Assembly: GCA_964624065.1 (NCBI GenBank)
Contig: CAZUWF010000001.1
Location: 35,018-99,017, forward strand
Reading direction: 5' to 3'
DNA: 64,000 nucleotides
Origin: an uncultured Bacteroidales bacterium
GTDB taxonomy: Bacteria; Bacteroidota; Bacteroidia; Bacteroidales; UBA7960
Position numbers and translations under genes: made by a program. Each line of letters begins with the position of its first letter. The stretch's first letter is position 1. The notes beneath the pieces are model-generated. The model was not told the DNA's origin and did not search any database. It worked only from the letters and a program-made list of their open reading frames with translations. This document shows, piece after piece, positions 1 through 10,586 of this stretch.

Positions 1-57
1 TTGCAGCGAACTCGGGGCAATTTTCTCAAGGTGCTCGATAATTTCAGATAGTTTCAT
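1..57 (-). CDS. Nif3-like dinuclear metal centre protein, N-terminal 19 codons only (gene runs off the left edge)
   Basis: The reverse complement of 1-57 reads ATG AAA CTA TCT GAA ATT ATC GAG CAC CTT GAG AAA ATT GCC CCG AGT TCG CTG CAA, i.e. MKLSEIIEHLEKIAPSSLQ. This is a typical NIF3/YbgI N-terminus. It is absent from the ORF track because it is truncated. Confidence 0.5.
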   Translation of the reverse strand, partial: MKLSEIIEHLEKIAPSSLQ

Positions 58-298
58 CGATTGTTGTTTAAGGAAACATCAAAAAATTGTTTTCTTCGCC
101 ACCCTTCTTGGCCAAAAAGCACATTTTATAGGGAATTACAACTTCTGACTCAGCGGCAAGCCTACACAAATTTGGTTTATACAAGCCTTTTGGAAAAAGT
201 CACTAATGTTTGATTCTCAAATATTGTTTTGCAACCTGACGATTTTATTCCTTGCTCTCCATCAGCAATGGTATTTGTCAATTGGCCAGCCCCCCAGC

Positions 299-1708
299 CT
301 AAAATTCGGCGTTTTGTGGTGTTCTCGGAAAGGGTATCACGTCGCGAATGTTGCCCATTCCGGTGACGAATAGCATAAGCCGTTCGAAGCCGAGCCCGAA
401 TCCACTATGTGGCGCGGTGCCAAACTTGCGTGTTTCGAGGTACCACCACACATCTTTCTCATGTATGCCCATTTCCCTGACCCTCGACAATAATTTGTCA
501 TAATCTTCCTCTCGTTGGGAGCCCCCAATAATCTCCCCAATTTTTGGAAAAAGGACATCCATTGCCCTTACGGTTTTATCATCACCGTTAAGCTTCATGT
601 AAAAAGCCTTTATTTCCTTCGGGTAGTTCGTAAGGATTACTGGCCTTTTGAAGTGTTTTTCCACGAGGTAGCGCTCATGCTCGGCTTGCAGGTCAACTCC
701 CCACCGTACGGGGAATTCGAAATTTTGACCCGATCCCATCAAAATGTCGATGGCCTCGGTGTAAGTTAGCCTTACAAAGCTATTGCAGGTGACGAAATTT
801 AACCTTTCTACAAGGTCGTTGTCATACATTTTCTGCAAGAATTCAATTTCGTCGGGGCAGTTTTCCAGCACGTATTTGATCACGTATTTCAGAAATTCCT
901 CAGCCAGATCCATATTATCTGCAATGTCGCAAAAAGCCATTTCTGGCTCAATCATCCAAAATTCGGCGAGGTGACGGGCCGTGTTTGAATTTTCGGCCCT
1001 GAAGGTTGGACCAAACGTGTAAATGCTCGAAAGGGCCAGTGCGCCTAGTTCGCCTTCAAGTTGGCCCGAAACGGTGAGGTTTGTTTCTTTTCCGAAGAAA
1101 TCTTGGGTGTAGTCAATTTGACCCTCGCCATTCAGGGGTGGGTTTTTGAGGTCCAAGGTAGTAACCCTGAACATAGCACCCGCACCTTCGGCATCCGAAC
1201 CTGTAATGATGGGGGTATGAAGGTAGTAGAACCCGTGGTCGTTGAAATACTTGTGTATGGCGAAAGCCATAGCGTGCCTGATTCTGAAAATGGCTCCAAA
1301 GGTATTGGTGCGAGGCCTGAGGTGAGCTATCTCTCGCAAAAATTCAAGAGTGTGACCTTTCTTTTGCAAGGGGTATTTTTCGGGATCGGCAGTTCCGTAA
1401 ACCTCTATTTCAGAAACGTTGATTTCCACGGCCTGGCCTTGACCTTTGGACTCAACCAATAACCCGTTGACCGAAATACACGCTCCGGTGGTAACCTGTT
1501 TGAGCAGTTCATCGTTGTTAAACGATTGTACGTCTACCACAGCCTGTATGTTGTGAATTGTGCTCCCATCGTTCAATGCCACGAAAGCCACACTCTTGTT
1601 GCCCCTCTTGGTGCGAACCCATCCCTTAACGTTTATCTCTGCTCCAATTAAATCCTTTGCATCTGCTTTCAAGATGTCTTTTATCCTTTTTCTGTCAATT
1701 AGTTTCAT
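299..1708 (-). CDS. asnS: asparagine--tRNA ligase
   Basis: 469 aa with an ATG start. It aligns end to end by eye with E. coli AsnRS: GWVRTKR..., [37 protein letters not shown]...IPFPRTP.NAEF. Confidence 0.97.
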   Translation of the reverse strand: MKLIDRKRIKDILKADAKDLIGAEINVKGWVRTKRGNKSVAFVALNDGSTIHNIQAVVDVQSFNNDELLKQVTTGACISVNGLLVESKGQGQAVEINVSEIEVYGTADPEKYPLQKKGHTLEFLREIAHLRPRTNTFGAIFRIRHAMAFAIHKYFNDHGFYYLHTPIITGSDAEGAGAMFRVTTLDLKNPPLNGEGQIDYTQDFFGKETNLTVSGQLEGELGALALSSIYTFGPTFRAENSNTARHLAEFWMIEPEMAFCDIADNMDLAEEFLKYVIKYVLENCPDEIEFLQKMYDNDLVERLNFVTCNSFVRLTYTEAIDILMGSGQNFEFPVRWGVDLQAEHERYLVEKHFKRPVILTNYPKEIKAFYMKLNGDDKTVRAMDVLFPKIGEIIGGSQREEDYDKLLSRVREMGIHEKDVWWYLETRKFGTAPHSGFGLGFERLMLFVTGMGNIRDVIPFPRTPQNAEF

Positions 1709-1780
1709 GGCCTACTTTAGGTGTCTGTTACATATTTCAATTCAAGGGCTAATAAAAACCTCATTCTTTTTTTCGAATTG

Positions 1781-1788
1781 CAAAGGTA
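1781..1788 (-). promoter_or_regulatory. Bacteroidota sigma-A -7 box TACCTTTG (TAnnTTTG) for asnS
   Basis: The plus strand reads caaaggta, whose reverse complement is TACCTTTG. It lies 73-80 nt upstream of the asnS ATG. Confidence 0.45.
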
Positions 1789-2063
1789 AAAATATTTGGC
1801 TTACACCCAAATACCTTGATCTTTAACGTGAAGCAACAAGGAAAGGTAATGCTGAAAATTGTTTGCCACCTACGGTTAACGGCTACAAAGTATAAGAAAC
1901 TAGTTTTAAGTAACCATTTATCCGTTAGAGTACGAAATGACTTTCAATAAAGGTGAGGCATAAGGAAGAAATATCGTTACACATTAAGCTAGTTCACGTG
2001 CCCGAAGGCGTCGGCATTTGCTACCGGCTATTAATAATGCCAGGTGAAATGGTCATCATTGGT

Positions 2064-2087
2064 AAAAACAGCTTTGGCAAAAAGCTG
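2064..2087 (-). terminator. rho-independent terminator after the DoxX/MauE gene
   Basis: The minus strand reads cagcttt-ttgcc-aaagctg followed by TTTTT, a 7-bp stem. It sits about 85 nt downstream of the stop at 2171. Confidence 0.55.
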
Positions 2088-2170
2088 ATTGCTGCTAATT
2101 GTTCACTGCTTTCGATTTTCGAAACTCAACTTGAAAGTCCTAATTGAATCCCTTCTCAACCCATCACCAC

Positions 2171-3295
2171 TTACATATACTTCTTCCTGATGGACTCGAA
2201 ATCGGGAATGCTACGATGGGCCCATTTTGCAATCACCACGCCTTCTTTCATCAAAAGAAGTCCCGGATTTGATCGAATTATGGTTTTTAGGTTTCTGTCG
2301 TCGGCCTGGAATATATCAAAGTCCAATCCATATTGGAGCTCTATTTCTTCTACCACGCTCCAGGATGAACTGGTGAGAGCAAAAAACCGTAAACCATTTA
2401 GGCTTGCTTCCTTGGCCACGGGCTTGATCCTTTTTTCCAACGATATAGTATTGGCCTTTTCAAGGTTGTCAGATACCACCACGAAGAAGAAGTCTTCATT
2501 TACAAGCAACTCATCCGTGACATCCTGCGACAATCGGTCGCTTATCATAAAACCTTCGATTAATCCTGGCTTACCCGGTTTTATTACATTGATTTTTTGC
2601 TCCTTGAAAATCCACACCTTTGCCCACTCCTCATCGTCCCAAGGGTAGTCGTTTGCAGGATACTCTGCAAGTTCACCTGTTTGAGAATTTTCGAATACCA
2701 AGTTGTACTCTGCCTCTTCGGGTTCGCCTCGCATAAGTTCTACTACATTGTTGCCCACTTTCCATGGTCTGAAGTCAATGATTGGGATATAAACAAGGCA
2801 ATAAATTCCAAGCAACACACCTGCCAGGCCACCAGCAAGCAAAAGGTACCAGTCTTTTTTTTCCGACCAAAGGGGCTTAACCTTTCTGCGGTTAACAAAA
2901 ATGAAGACGGCCAGTGTCAAAAACAATATATTCTTGTAAAAAGTGCCCCAGTTGCTTATTTTTATGGCATCGCCGAAGCAACCACAATCCGATACCGGGT
3001 TGAAGACAGCAATGTAAAGGGTAAGTGGTGTAAAGACAACCATAAACACCAATCCCCCCCAGGCGCCAACTTTCATTTTAATGCCTAGCAAAATTGAAAT
3101 TCCAACGAGCATTTCTGCATTGTTGACCAAAATTGAGATAGGCAATGAAAGAGGCATCATCCAATCTAGGCCGAATGCCATAAAATAGTCATCGAGCTTG
3201 TAGGCAAAACCAAGGGGGTCAATGGCCTTCACGAAACCGGAGAATATGAAAACCAGGCCAAAAATTATTCTTGCGGCGGGTAGGGCATATTTCAT
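2171..3295 (-). CDS. DoxX/MauE-family membrane protein fused to a C-terminal thioredoxin-fold (TlpA-like) domain lacking CxxC
   Basis: I chose the internal ATG (MKYALPAARIIFGLVF...) because the upstream 21 codons are not membrane-like. The N-terminal half has multiple TM helices and the motif SDCGCFGD. The C-terminal roughly 130 aa look redoxin-like, but FFFVVVSDNLEKA occupies the place of the WCxxC motif. Confidence 0.85.
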   Translation of the reverse strand: MKYALPAARIIFGLVFIFSGFVKAIDPLGFAYKLDDYFMAFGLDWMMPLSLPISILVNNAEMLVGISILLGIKMKVGAWGGLVFMVVFTPLTLYIAVFNPVSDCGCFGDAIKISNWGTFYKNILFLTLAVFIFVNRRKVKPLWSEKKDWYLLLAGGLAGVLLGIYCLVYIPIIDFRPWKVGNNVVELMRGEPEEAEYNLVFENSQTGELAEYPANDYPWDDEEWAKVWIFKEQKINVIKPGKPGLIEGFMISDRLSQDVTDELLVNEDFFFVVVSDNLEKANTISLEKRIKPVAKEASLNGLRFFALTSSSWSVVEEIELQYGLDFDIFQADDRNLKTIIRSNPGLLLMKEGVVIAKWAHRSIPDFESIRKKYM

Positions 3296-3375
3296 TTTGT
3301 GTGTTTGTTGGGTTAAATGCGGCAAAAAAAAAGCCCTTGCGGTCAAACTAGGGCTCATAATTTGTAGGCTGATTG

Positions 3376-3825
3376 CTAATTAGCTCTAGGGGCTTGCCCT
3401 TGTGGGGCCGGTTTGAACTCGGTGGTGCTTTTAGCAACAACCTCACCTTGCATCCGGATTATCTTTGTAGTCTGCGGGTCGTTTGAAATGGCAGTAATAG
3501 TGCGGTTGATTCTGTGAGGGGCGGCCGAAGGTGTGAATTCAGCAACTATAACTCCCTTCTCGCCTGGCCTGATGGGTTCACGAGTCCATGAGGGTATCCT
3601 GGTGCCACAGCATCCCCTTGCTTGAGAAACAATTAGAGGTTGATCTCCCGAGTTAACAAATTCTATGTCGATTTTTAGAGGCTTAATTTCATCTATACTA
3701 ATCGCTCCAAGGTCAATGACTTCCAGAACGTAATCGAACCGAGGTCCCTTGGGATCGGTTGATTGGGCTGCCGCAAGAATGGCAACGAGGGCAATTAAAC
3801 TAAAAACGGTGGCAATCTTTTTCAT
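3376..3825 (-). CDS. DUF1573 domain-containing secreted protein
   Basis: The signal peptide is MKKIATVFSLIALVAILAAAQS. The core FVNSGDQPLIVSQARGCCGT and PGEKGVI are typical of DUF1573. Start set at the internal ATG. Confidence 0.85.
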   Translation of the reverse strand: MKKIATVFSLIALVAILAAAQSTDPKGPRFDYVLEVIDLGAISIDEIKPLKIDIEFVNSGDQPLIVSQARGCCGTRIPSWTREPIRPGEKGVIVAEFTPSAAPHRINRTITAISNDPQTTKIIRMQGEVVAKSTTEFKPAPQGQAPRAN

Positions 3826-3874
3826 AATTCGATTTTTTACGTTAATTCTGTATGGAAAAAATAACTTGTTTGTG

Positions 3875-3882
3875 CAAAGATA
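3875..3882 (-). promoter_or_regulatory. -7 box TATCTTTG for the DUF1573/DoxX pair
   Basis: The plus strand reads caaagata, whose reverse complement is TATCTTTG. It lies 50-57 nt upstream of the ATG at 3825. Confidence 0.4.
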
Positions 3883-3981
3883 GCCTCTACCCGCATAATG
3901 TTTGTTAATGCCATTCAAAACTATGTTAATGAAATGTTAAGTCTGTCCGAAAATTTGGCAAATACCGTCAGTGGCTAATTT

Positions 3982-6900
3982 TTATTTGAATAGCCCCTTG
4001 AATCTATTGTAATGGCTTTCGAAGGCCAGTTCTGATTTTTTGGCAATTTCGGTAAGCTCCAAATCTTTCGAAAACAACATTACCCTGTACAAAATCGATA
4101 ATGCTTCCCTTGCATTAGTTGCAATAAATCCTGATCTCGAGCCCTTTATCTGGGAATAATAATCCAGGGCTTCCGAAAAGAGGTCAACGATCCTGTTAGA
4201 TAGTGCTGTCCCCTTTTGAGTTTCACCGGCTCGGAAATACATTTCGGCTATACCCACGCTCAAGCTATTTAAAGGAGCCTGCGTTTCGGGCATTAGCATC
4301 ATTGCCTTGTCCAGCACTTCTATTGCCTTTTGGTTTTCTCCCTCCATTATATGGGCCTCTGCAAGGCGTGTCATTATGTTTCTGAAGTTCATGGCGAGCC
4401 TTCGGTGGTCCTCGCTAAGGTAAACCCTTGGGTCGTAAATGTTGCCCCAAACGTACTTGTTCATTAAGTTGTTATGAAGTATACGTGTATTTACCCTCCC
4501 AATTTCTTCCTTTTCCTTGCTGGCCTCATTTTTAATGGGAACCAACCTGTAAGCCATACCTTCCAGCTGGAAGTAATCTTCTAGTCCAACGTAAGCTTCC
4601 GAGCCGGTGGTTATGGCAAAGTAAATAGGCCTCTCCCAGTTATTTTGGGCAATGAAATCAAGCAGCATGAGTTCGCTACGGGTTAAACCGTCCTTGTTTA
4701 TTGTCCACTGAAGTTCTGACACTATCAAATGGGCATCTTCGGGGGCCACGGTTCCGTTGGCCAAAACCTTTGCAGTGTCAACAGGCAACTTGAACATATT
4801 TGTGGGAATGAAGTCAACAGGACCCATCCTCGTACGATGCCTGAATTCGTCACTTGCGGCAATGGAAATCATCTGTTTTAGGTCTTGGTATCCTTGAAAA
4901 TTAGGATGTTCCATCAGGTAGACCATATCGCGGGTGCCATCCCTGTATTGCCGTGGCTCCATACTGAATTTAAGAGGCTCACCCTTGTAAGTTTTCCTAC
5001 GCATGAAATTGTCTATGTACCAATCGGCATTGAGCAGGCTCATATTCACAATTTTAACGTCGGTTCGCACACCTTCAACCTCCTGTGCGTACCAAAGAGG
5101 GAATGTGTCGTTGTCGCCAAGGGTAACAATAATTGCATTTGGCGCACAGGTTTCCAGGTAGTTGATGGCCACATCGCGCGCAAGATACCTTCCCGACCTG
5201 TCGTGGTCGTCCCAGTTTTCCTTTGCAAGAATAACTGGAGATGCCAAAAGACCAATTACTATTGAGACAACCACCGCACCCCTTCCCTTAATGATTCGCG
5301 ACAAATAATGACATAGGCCAAGCACTCCCAGCCCAATCCAAATTGAGAAGGCATAAAACGAGCCAATGTAGCTGTAGTCTCGCTCGCGCGGTTGGTAGGG
5401 TGTTTGGTTAAGGTAAATTGTTATTGCCAGCCCGGTCATAAAAAACAACAAACCAACCACGAATGTTTTTTGGGGATCTTTCTTCCAATGGTACAATAGC
5501 CCAATGATGCCCAGTATCAGGGGTAGCATGTAGTATTTGTTGAAACCTTTGTTCGAAGCCAATGATTCCGGTATGTTAAACTGTGAGGCACCCAACCTTG
5601 CTTGGTCTAAAGGCTTAATACCCGATATCCAATTCCCCTCTACAGGGCTGCCGTGGCCTTGAATGTCGTTTTGCCTTCCGGAGAAATTCCACATGAAATA
5701 ACGCCAGTACATGAAACCCATTTGGTAAGAAAAGAAGAACCTTAGGTTCTCGCCAAAAGTTGGTTTCCAAATCACCTCGCTTTTACCGGTTCGGGGGTTT
5801 GTGAATCTCACCGCTCGCCCTTCAACATTACCCCAAGACTCGTAGGCTGCACGGTGGAGGTCGGCACTCCCGGTACGTCCACTATGCATTCTGGGAAAAA
5901 ATGTAACGAACTCAGGTGCGAAAACCGGGTCTACCCCGTGCCTGGGATTAATAACTTCGTACTTGCCCGTTTCGAGGTTCTTTGCATAAACGGGGTTTCC
6001 TTCGGCGAAGTCAACAACCGGGGAATTATAGTACGGACCACTCAGCAAAGGCCAGGAACCGTACTGTTCCCTGCCAAGGTATGCTTTCATTGCAAGGGCA
6101 TCCTTGGGCGCGTTCTCGTTTATGGGCACGTGGGCATTTGATCTGATAACCAGCAAGAAAAACGAGGAATAACCTATTAAGATAAAGGTGAAAGCAAGAA
6201 TTACAGTGTTGAACACTACCCTCTTATGCTTGTGAGTGTGGTATAGTCCATAAGCTATTGAAGCAATCAGCACCACGAAAAAGGCCACGGTGCCACTATG
6301 GAATGGCAGCCCGAGACTATTTACGAAAAATTTCTCAAAACCCCAGTCCAAGTTCAAAACCCCGGGTATGAAAACGTTCATTATGAACACCAAGATAAAC
6401 ACGGAAATTATTCCTGCGAGCAGAATCCCTTTCTTGGTAGTTTCGAATTTCTTGAAATAATAAACGAAAACGATGGCAGGAATTGCCAGGAGGTTTAACA
6501 TATGAACACCAATTGAAAGCCCCACGATGTATGCAATCAAAACCAGCCACTTGTTTGAGTGGGGCTCGTGTGCCACCGCTTCCCACTTGAGGATTGACCA
6601 GAAAGCGAATGAGGTCAAGAACAATGACACCACGTAAACCTCTGCCTCAACTGCAGTGAACCAAAACGAATCGGTGAATGTAAACGTAAGGGCACCAACC
6701 AAGCCGCTCCCAAAAATTGCAATTGCTTGCTCGCGCGAAACTTCGCCAACCCTGGCCACTACCTTGCGGGCCAAAATGGTTATAGACCTGAACAGGAAAC
6801 TAATGGTAAGGGCACCGAAAAATGCTGACATGGCGTTAATCCAAAATGCTACCTTCGAGGTTTCGCCCATTGCAAAAAGCGAGAAAACCCGAGCCATCAT

Positions 6901-7083
6901 CTGGTAAAGGGGAGCCCCGGGCGGATGACCAATTTGGAGCTTTGACGACACGGTTAGGTTCTCGCCGCAATCCCAAAAACTCGAGGTGGGTTCGAGGGTT
7001 AGCATGTAAACTAAACCTGCAAGAGCAAATACAAACCAGGCAAGGTAGTTGTCAATTTTTTTGTAAAGCGATTCGTTAAGCAT
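3982..7083 (-). CDS. DUF2723 domain-containing polytopic membrane protein (GT-C-like, protein O-mannosyltransferase-related) with C-terminal TPR-like region
   Basis: 1033 aa. The N-terminus LTLEPTSSFWDCGENL...GHPPGAPLY is the DUF2723 signature. There are about 12 TM segments followed by a soluble C-terminal half. Confidence 0.9.
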   Translation of the reverse strand: MLNESLYKKIDNYLAWFVFALAGLVYMLTLEPTSSFWDCGENLTVSSKLQIGHPPGAPLYQMMARVFSLFAMGETSKVAFWINAMSAFFGALTISFLFRSITILARKVVARVGEVSREQAIAIFGSGLVGALTFTFTDSFWFTAVEAEVYVVSLFLTSFAFWSILKWEAVAHEPHSNKWLVLIAYIVGLSIGVHMLNLLAIPAIVFVYYFKKFETTKKGILLAGIISVFILVFIMNVFIPGVLNLDWGFEKFFVNSLGLPFHSGTVAFFVVLIASIAYGLYHTHKHKRVVFNTVILAFTFILIGYSSFFLLVIRSNAHVPINENAPKDALAMKAYLGREQYGSWPLLSGPYYNSPVVDFAEGNPVYAKNLETGKYEVINPRHGVDPVFAPEFVTFFPRMHSGRTGSADLHRAAYESWGNVEGRAVRFTNPRTGKSEVIWKPTFGENLRFFFSYQMGFMYWRYFMWNFSGRQNDIQGHGSPVEGNWISGIKPLDQARLGASQFNIPESLASNKGFNKYYMLPLILGIIGLLYHWKKDPQKTFVVGLLFFMTGLAITIYLNQTPYQPRERDYSYIGSFYAFSIWIGLGVLGLCHYLSRIIKGRGAVVVSIVIGLLASPVILAKENWDDHDRSGRYLARDVAINYLETCAPNAIIVTLGDNDTFPLWYAQEVEGVRTDVKIVNMSLLNADWYIDNFMRRKTYKGEPLKFSMEPRQYRDGTRDMVYLMEHPNFQGYQDLKQMISIAASDEFRHRTRMGPVDFIPTNMFKLPVDTAKVLANGTVAPEDAHLIVSELQWTINKDGLTRSELMLLDFIAQNNWERPIYFAITTGSEAYVGLEDYFQLEGMAYRLVPIKNEASKEKEEIGRVNTRILHNNLMNKYVWGNIYDPRVYLSEDHRRLAMNFRNIMTRLAEAHIMEGENQKAIEVLDKAMMLMPETQAPLNSLSVGIAEMYFRAGETQKGTALSNRIVDLFSEALDYYSQIKGSRSGFIATNAREALSILYRVMLFSKDLELTEIAKKSELAFESHYNRFKGLFK

Positions 7084-7313
7084 TGATTTTTAGTTAAAAG
7101 AAAGAGAGACCAAGAATAAAAACAAAACAATTTTCAAGTTGCGAAGGTATGAAAAATTGCAATTAGAACACCCATTTTAACAGCAATTGGCAGGAATAAG
7201 GATCGCACGATTTTATAGCAATCATATTTTTGTTAAAGTTTTTTGTTTTAAAAAAAATATCTTTTAACTTTACACAGATTATTAAACTTTTCGCTAACTA
7301 AATCAAAAAAATT

Positions 7314-8825
7314 ATGAAAAAAGCTTTACTAAGTGTGTTGGCACTATTTCTGACCGTTTCGTTTTTGTTTGCCAATGTTGAAAAAAATGAAAATGGTATT
7401 ACAACTGGCGAAGGCACACCTGGTCCAGTAATTCCTCAAAAGTCAACCGAGATTTTCAAAGAAATCTTTAGCGGGGCTGTTTGGCCTCCTGCCGGATGGA
7501 CGGTTCAAAACACACATCCTACCGTAAACTGGGGCCGTGTAACCACTATTTCTATTTCAGGTACTCCTCCAACAGTGATTAATCCCGTGGAGGGAACCCA
7601 TTTTGCAAGGTGCCATTGGTCTGACCAAGCAGGCACAACACAAGACGAGAAGTTAATTACTCCTTCAATTAATCTTACTAACCTGCAGTCGGCAACCTTG
7701 TCATTCAGTTTCAATGGCAGCTATCACTGGTCGGTTGCGCCAAATAATAATTGCGACTTGTTTGTTAAGGCTTCGGTAGGCGGTGGCCCTTGGGTTCAAT
7801 TGTGGACAGAAACAGACCATCCGCAATACACCAGTACTGCTGTTAATTGGCAGTGGCTTACCACAACTATTAATCTTGCAAGTTTATTGGGTCAAGCCAA
7901 CGTCAGGTTTATGTTCCAGTACGTTGGTTTTGACGGAGCTCATTTTGGGATTGACGTGGTAAGGATCCTAGGTACTGCCACCCCAACCAACCATCAAGTT
8001 ACCTTCAGTGTAGTTGGTGGTAACGGAACGCTAGCAGCCACGGTAGATGCGGCTCCAATAACAAGCCCTGCCACAGTTGCTCAAGGGAAAAATGTTGTGT
8101 TTACAGCCACACCGGCGGCTAATTTCAGAGTTAAAGAATGGAAACTTAATAGTGCCGTGGTAGCTGGCAATACCACCAACACCTTCACTTTGACCAATTT
8201 ACAAGCCGCTGCTACTGTTACGGTAGAATTTGAAGCTATACCGCCCCCACTTCCCAAGGTTACCTTCAACGTAAACATGACTCCTTTGGCCACTTTTAAC
8301 CCTGCAAGCGACAAGGTTTACATATCAGGTAGCTTTCCGGCTCCCAATGGCTGGAACGAACCCGGCTCCAACGCCAACCTCGAGCTAACACGCGTGGGAA
8401 CCACTATGGTATGGACCAAAACACTAGACCTTCCGGCTGGAACTTACGGCTACAAATTTTTCAGGAATGCCGGATGGAATGGTGGAGAATGGACTGGCGA
8501 CCCAAATAGGCCCCTAATAGTGGGTACTACAGACAGGACCATTAACGCCATTTGGGGCGATATTACCAATAGCGTGCCCCTTGTTGACACTCCCGAGTTT
8601 AATGTTTTCCCCAACCCTACCTACGGCGACTTAAAGGTTTCTGGCCAAACCACCATCCAAAGTGTGAGGGTTCTGAATATGATTGGCCAACAAGTTATTG
8701 GTCTTAACAACCTCGATTCAGAGATTGTTATCGTGCCAACCGCCAATCTAAGAGCAGGGTATTATATTGTGAGCGTTACAGATATTAACGGAAATACTGT
8801 TAACAACCGATTCATGAAAAGGTAA
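7314..8825 (+). CDS. T9SS type A sorting domain-containing secreted protein (choice-of-anchor-J-like N-domain, Ig-like repeat, CBM20/48-like module)
   Basis: The signal peptide is MKKALLSVLALFLTVSFLFA. The C-terminal roughly 80 aa (FNVFPNPTYGDLKV...VRVLNMIGQQV...GYYIVSVTDINGNTVNNRFMKR) form the T9SS CTD pattern. Confidence 0.9.
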   Translation: MKKALLSVLALFLTVSFLFANVEKNENGITTGEGTPGPVIPQKSTEIFKEIFSGAVWPPAGWTVQNTHPTVNWGRVTTISISGTPPTVINPVEGTHFARCHWSDQAGTTQDEKLITPSINLTNLQSATLSFSFNGSYHWSVAPNNNCDLFVKASVGGGPWVQLWTETDHPQYTSTAVNWQWLTTTINLASLLGQANVRFMFQYVGFDGAHFGIDVVRILGTATPTNHQVTFSVVGGNGTLAATVDAAPITSPATVAQGKNVVFTATPAANFRVKEWKLNSAVVAGNTTNTFTLTNLQAAATVTVEFEAIPPPLPKVTFNVNMTPLATFNPASDKVYISGSFPAPNGWNEPGSNANLELTRVGTTMVWTKTLDLPAGTYGYKFFRNAGWNGGEWTGDPNRPLIVGTTDRTINAIWGDITNSVPLVDTPEFNVFPNPTYGDLKVSGQTTIQSVRVLNMIGQQVIGLNNLDSEIVIVPTANLRAGYYIVSVTDINGNTVNNRFMKR

Positions 8826-8852
8826 AAGATCCAGAAGGCTTTATTTTACCCT

Positions 8853-8889
8853 AAAAAGGGGCTGTCTCGAAAAGGCAGCCCCTTTTTTT
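8853..8889. terminator. bidirectional rho-independent terminator between convergent genes
   Basis: The sequence aaaaaggggctg-tctcgaaaagg-cagccccttttttt forms a GC-rich stem flanked by an A-run and a T-run. Confidence 0.8.
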
Positions 8890-8898
8890 GCGGTAAAC

Positions 8899-10542
8899 TC
8901 AGGTTTGGACTTGAACTTCCGAAACAACCTTTCCGTTTTCCATCAAAACAATCCTATCGGACATGTATTTCACTACTGCCTTGTCGTGGGAGATGAATAT
9001 GTATGTTAGCCCGAAATCATCCTTCAGGTCGTTGAGAAGGTTTAGCACTTGAGCCTGCACCGATACATCTAAAGCCGACACAGGTTCGTCGCAAATTAAA
9101 AACTCAGGCTCGAGGGCCAAAGCCCTTGCAATGGCAACTCGCTGCCTTTGTCCGCCCGAGAACTCATGAGGGTATCGATTAAAGTGCTTTGCATCCAGGC
9201 CAACTCGCTCGAGCAGGTGTTGAATTTTCTCGGTTCGCTGTCGGTCGTTTCCGAGCAGACCGTGCACCCGCATTGGCTCAAGTATTGCATTGCCAACAGC
9301 CATTCCTGGGGTTAACGATGAGTAGGGGTCTTGAAAAACAATTTGAAGCTTGGACCTGAATTTCCTCAATTCCGCTGGTGTCATGGCCATCAAGTCTGTC
9401 CCCTTGTAAATCATTTTTCCCATTGAAGGCTCCACCAACCTCATAATTGACCTCCCGAGCGTTGTCTTGCCGCAGCCCGATTCACCCACCAATCCCAGTG
9501 TTTCGCCTGGGTAAACCCTAAGCGAAACGCTACGGAGCGCTTCAAAATGTTTCAGTGGGGTTCCGAAAATGCTACGCTTCGTTACAAAGCGTGTCACTAG
9601 GTCTTTTATCTCCAAAATAGGGATTGCGGCTGAATCGTTAAATCCTCTACTTATTGGGTGGGATTTTCTTGGCTCGAAACCAATTTTATTGTTGATGAAA
9701 TCAGCAACGGTGGGAAGTCGGATTGGGCTGTTTTTCTCGGATGGCCTGCAAGCCAGCAGGGCACGGGTGTAGTTATGGGTTGGGTTGTTGAAAATGTTGT
9801 CAACAGCACCCTTCTCCACAATATTTCCTTTTTGCATTACTGCAACATTGGCGGCCACTCTCGAAACCACCTCAAGGTCGTGGGTGATGAAGATTATTGC
9901 CATCCCAAACTTTTTTTGAAGGAACAACAACAGCTCCAATATGCTATCTTGCACCGAGGCATCAAGAGCGGTGGTGGGTTCGTCGGCAATTAGCAGGGTT
10001 GGATTGCAGGCAATGGCAATGGCTATCATTACCCGTTGCCTTTGACCACCCGATAGTTCGTGAGGATAGGCGGTGTAGATCCTTTCGGGGTTTGGTAGCC
10101 TTACTTCTTCAAAAAGGGACAGAACTTTGGGCTTTGCCCCCTTTTTGCCGGACTGTCCGTGCCATATTAAGACCTCTTCTACCTGGGCACCGCAGCGTTG
10201 AACCGGATTAAGCGAAGTCATAGGTTCTTGGAAAATCATAGAGATATGCCTTCCCCTGGTTGACTGCAGCCGTTCCTTGGTCATTGACAAAAGATCAATC
10301 CTTCCAAACTTGGGATGTTCAAACCAGGCCTTGCCACTGGTAACACGGCTGCTGTTCTTGCCAAGCAACCCCATTAAAGCTAGCGCAGTTACAGTCTTAC
10401 CAGAGCCCGACTCCCCAACGATTCCCAAGGTTTCACCATACATAAGGTCGAAGTTCGAAGAGTTTACAGCCCTTACAATACTATTGTCGGTGGTAAATTC
10501 AACCGAAAGGTCCTCAACTGAAAGTAATGGCAACTTGGTCAT
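8899..10542 (-). CDS. ABC transporter ATP-binding protein with duplicated NBD (Dpp/Opp-type fused ATPase)
   Basis: 547 aa with two Walker A motifs (GESGSGKT, GESGCGKT) and two LSGGQRQR signatures. No permease or binding-protein gene is adjacent. Confidence 0.92.
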   Translation of the reverse strand: MTKLPLLSVEDLSVEFTTDNSIVRAVNSSNFDLMYGETLGIVGESGSGKTVTALALMGLLGKNSSRVTSGKAWFEHPKFGRIDLLSMTKERLQSTRGRHISMIFQEPMTSLNPVQRCGAQVEEVLIWHGQSGKKGAKPKVLSLFEEVRLPNPERIYTAYPHELSGGQRQRVMIAIAIACNPTLLIADEPTTALDASVQDSILELLLFLQKKFGMAIIFITHDLEVVSRVAANVAVMQKGNIVEKGAVDNIFNNPTHNYTRALLACRPSEKNSPIRLPTVADFINNKIGFEPRKSHPISRGFNDSAAIPILEIKDLVTRFVTKRSIFGTPLKHFEALRSVSLRVYPGETLGLVGESGCGKTTLGRSIMRLVEPSMGKMIYKGTDLMAMTPAELRKFRSKLQIVFQDPYSSLTPGMAVGNAILEPMRVHGLLGNDRQRTEKIQHLLERVGLDAKHFNRYPHEFSGGQRQRVAIARALALEPEFLICDEPVSALDVSVQAQVLNLLNDLKDDFGLTYIFISHDKAVVKYMSDRIVLMENGKVVSEVQVQT

Positions 10543-10578
10543 ATTCTTGACTTGGAATTTGGGGCAACAAACCTATTG

Positions 10579-10586
10579 CAAAAATA
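10579..10586 (-). promoter_or_regulatory. -7 box TATTTTTG for the ABC ATPase gene
   Basis: The plus strand reads caaaaata, whose reverse complement is TATTTTTG. It lies 37-44 nt upstream of the ATG at 10542. Confidence 0.45.
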
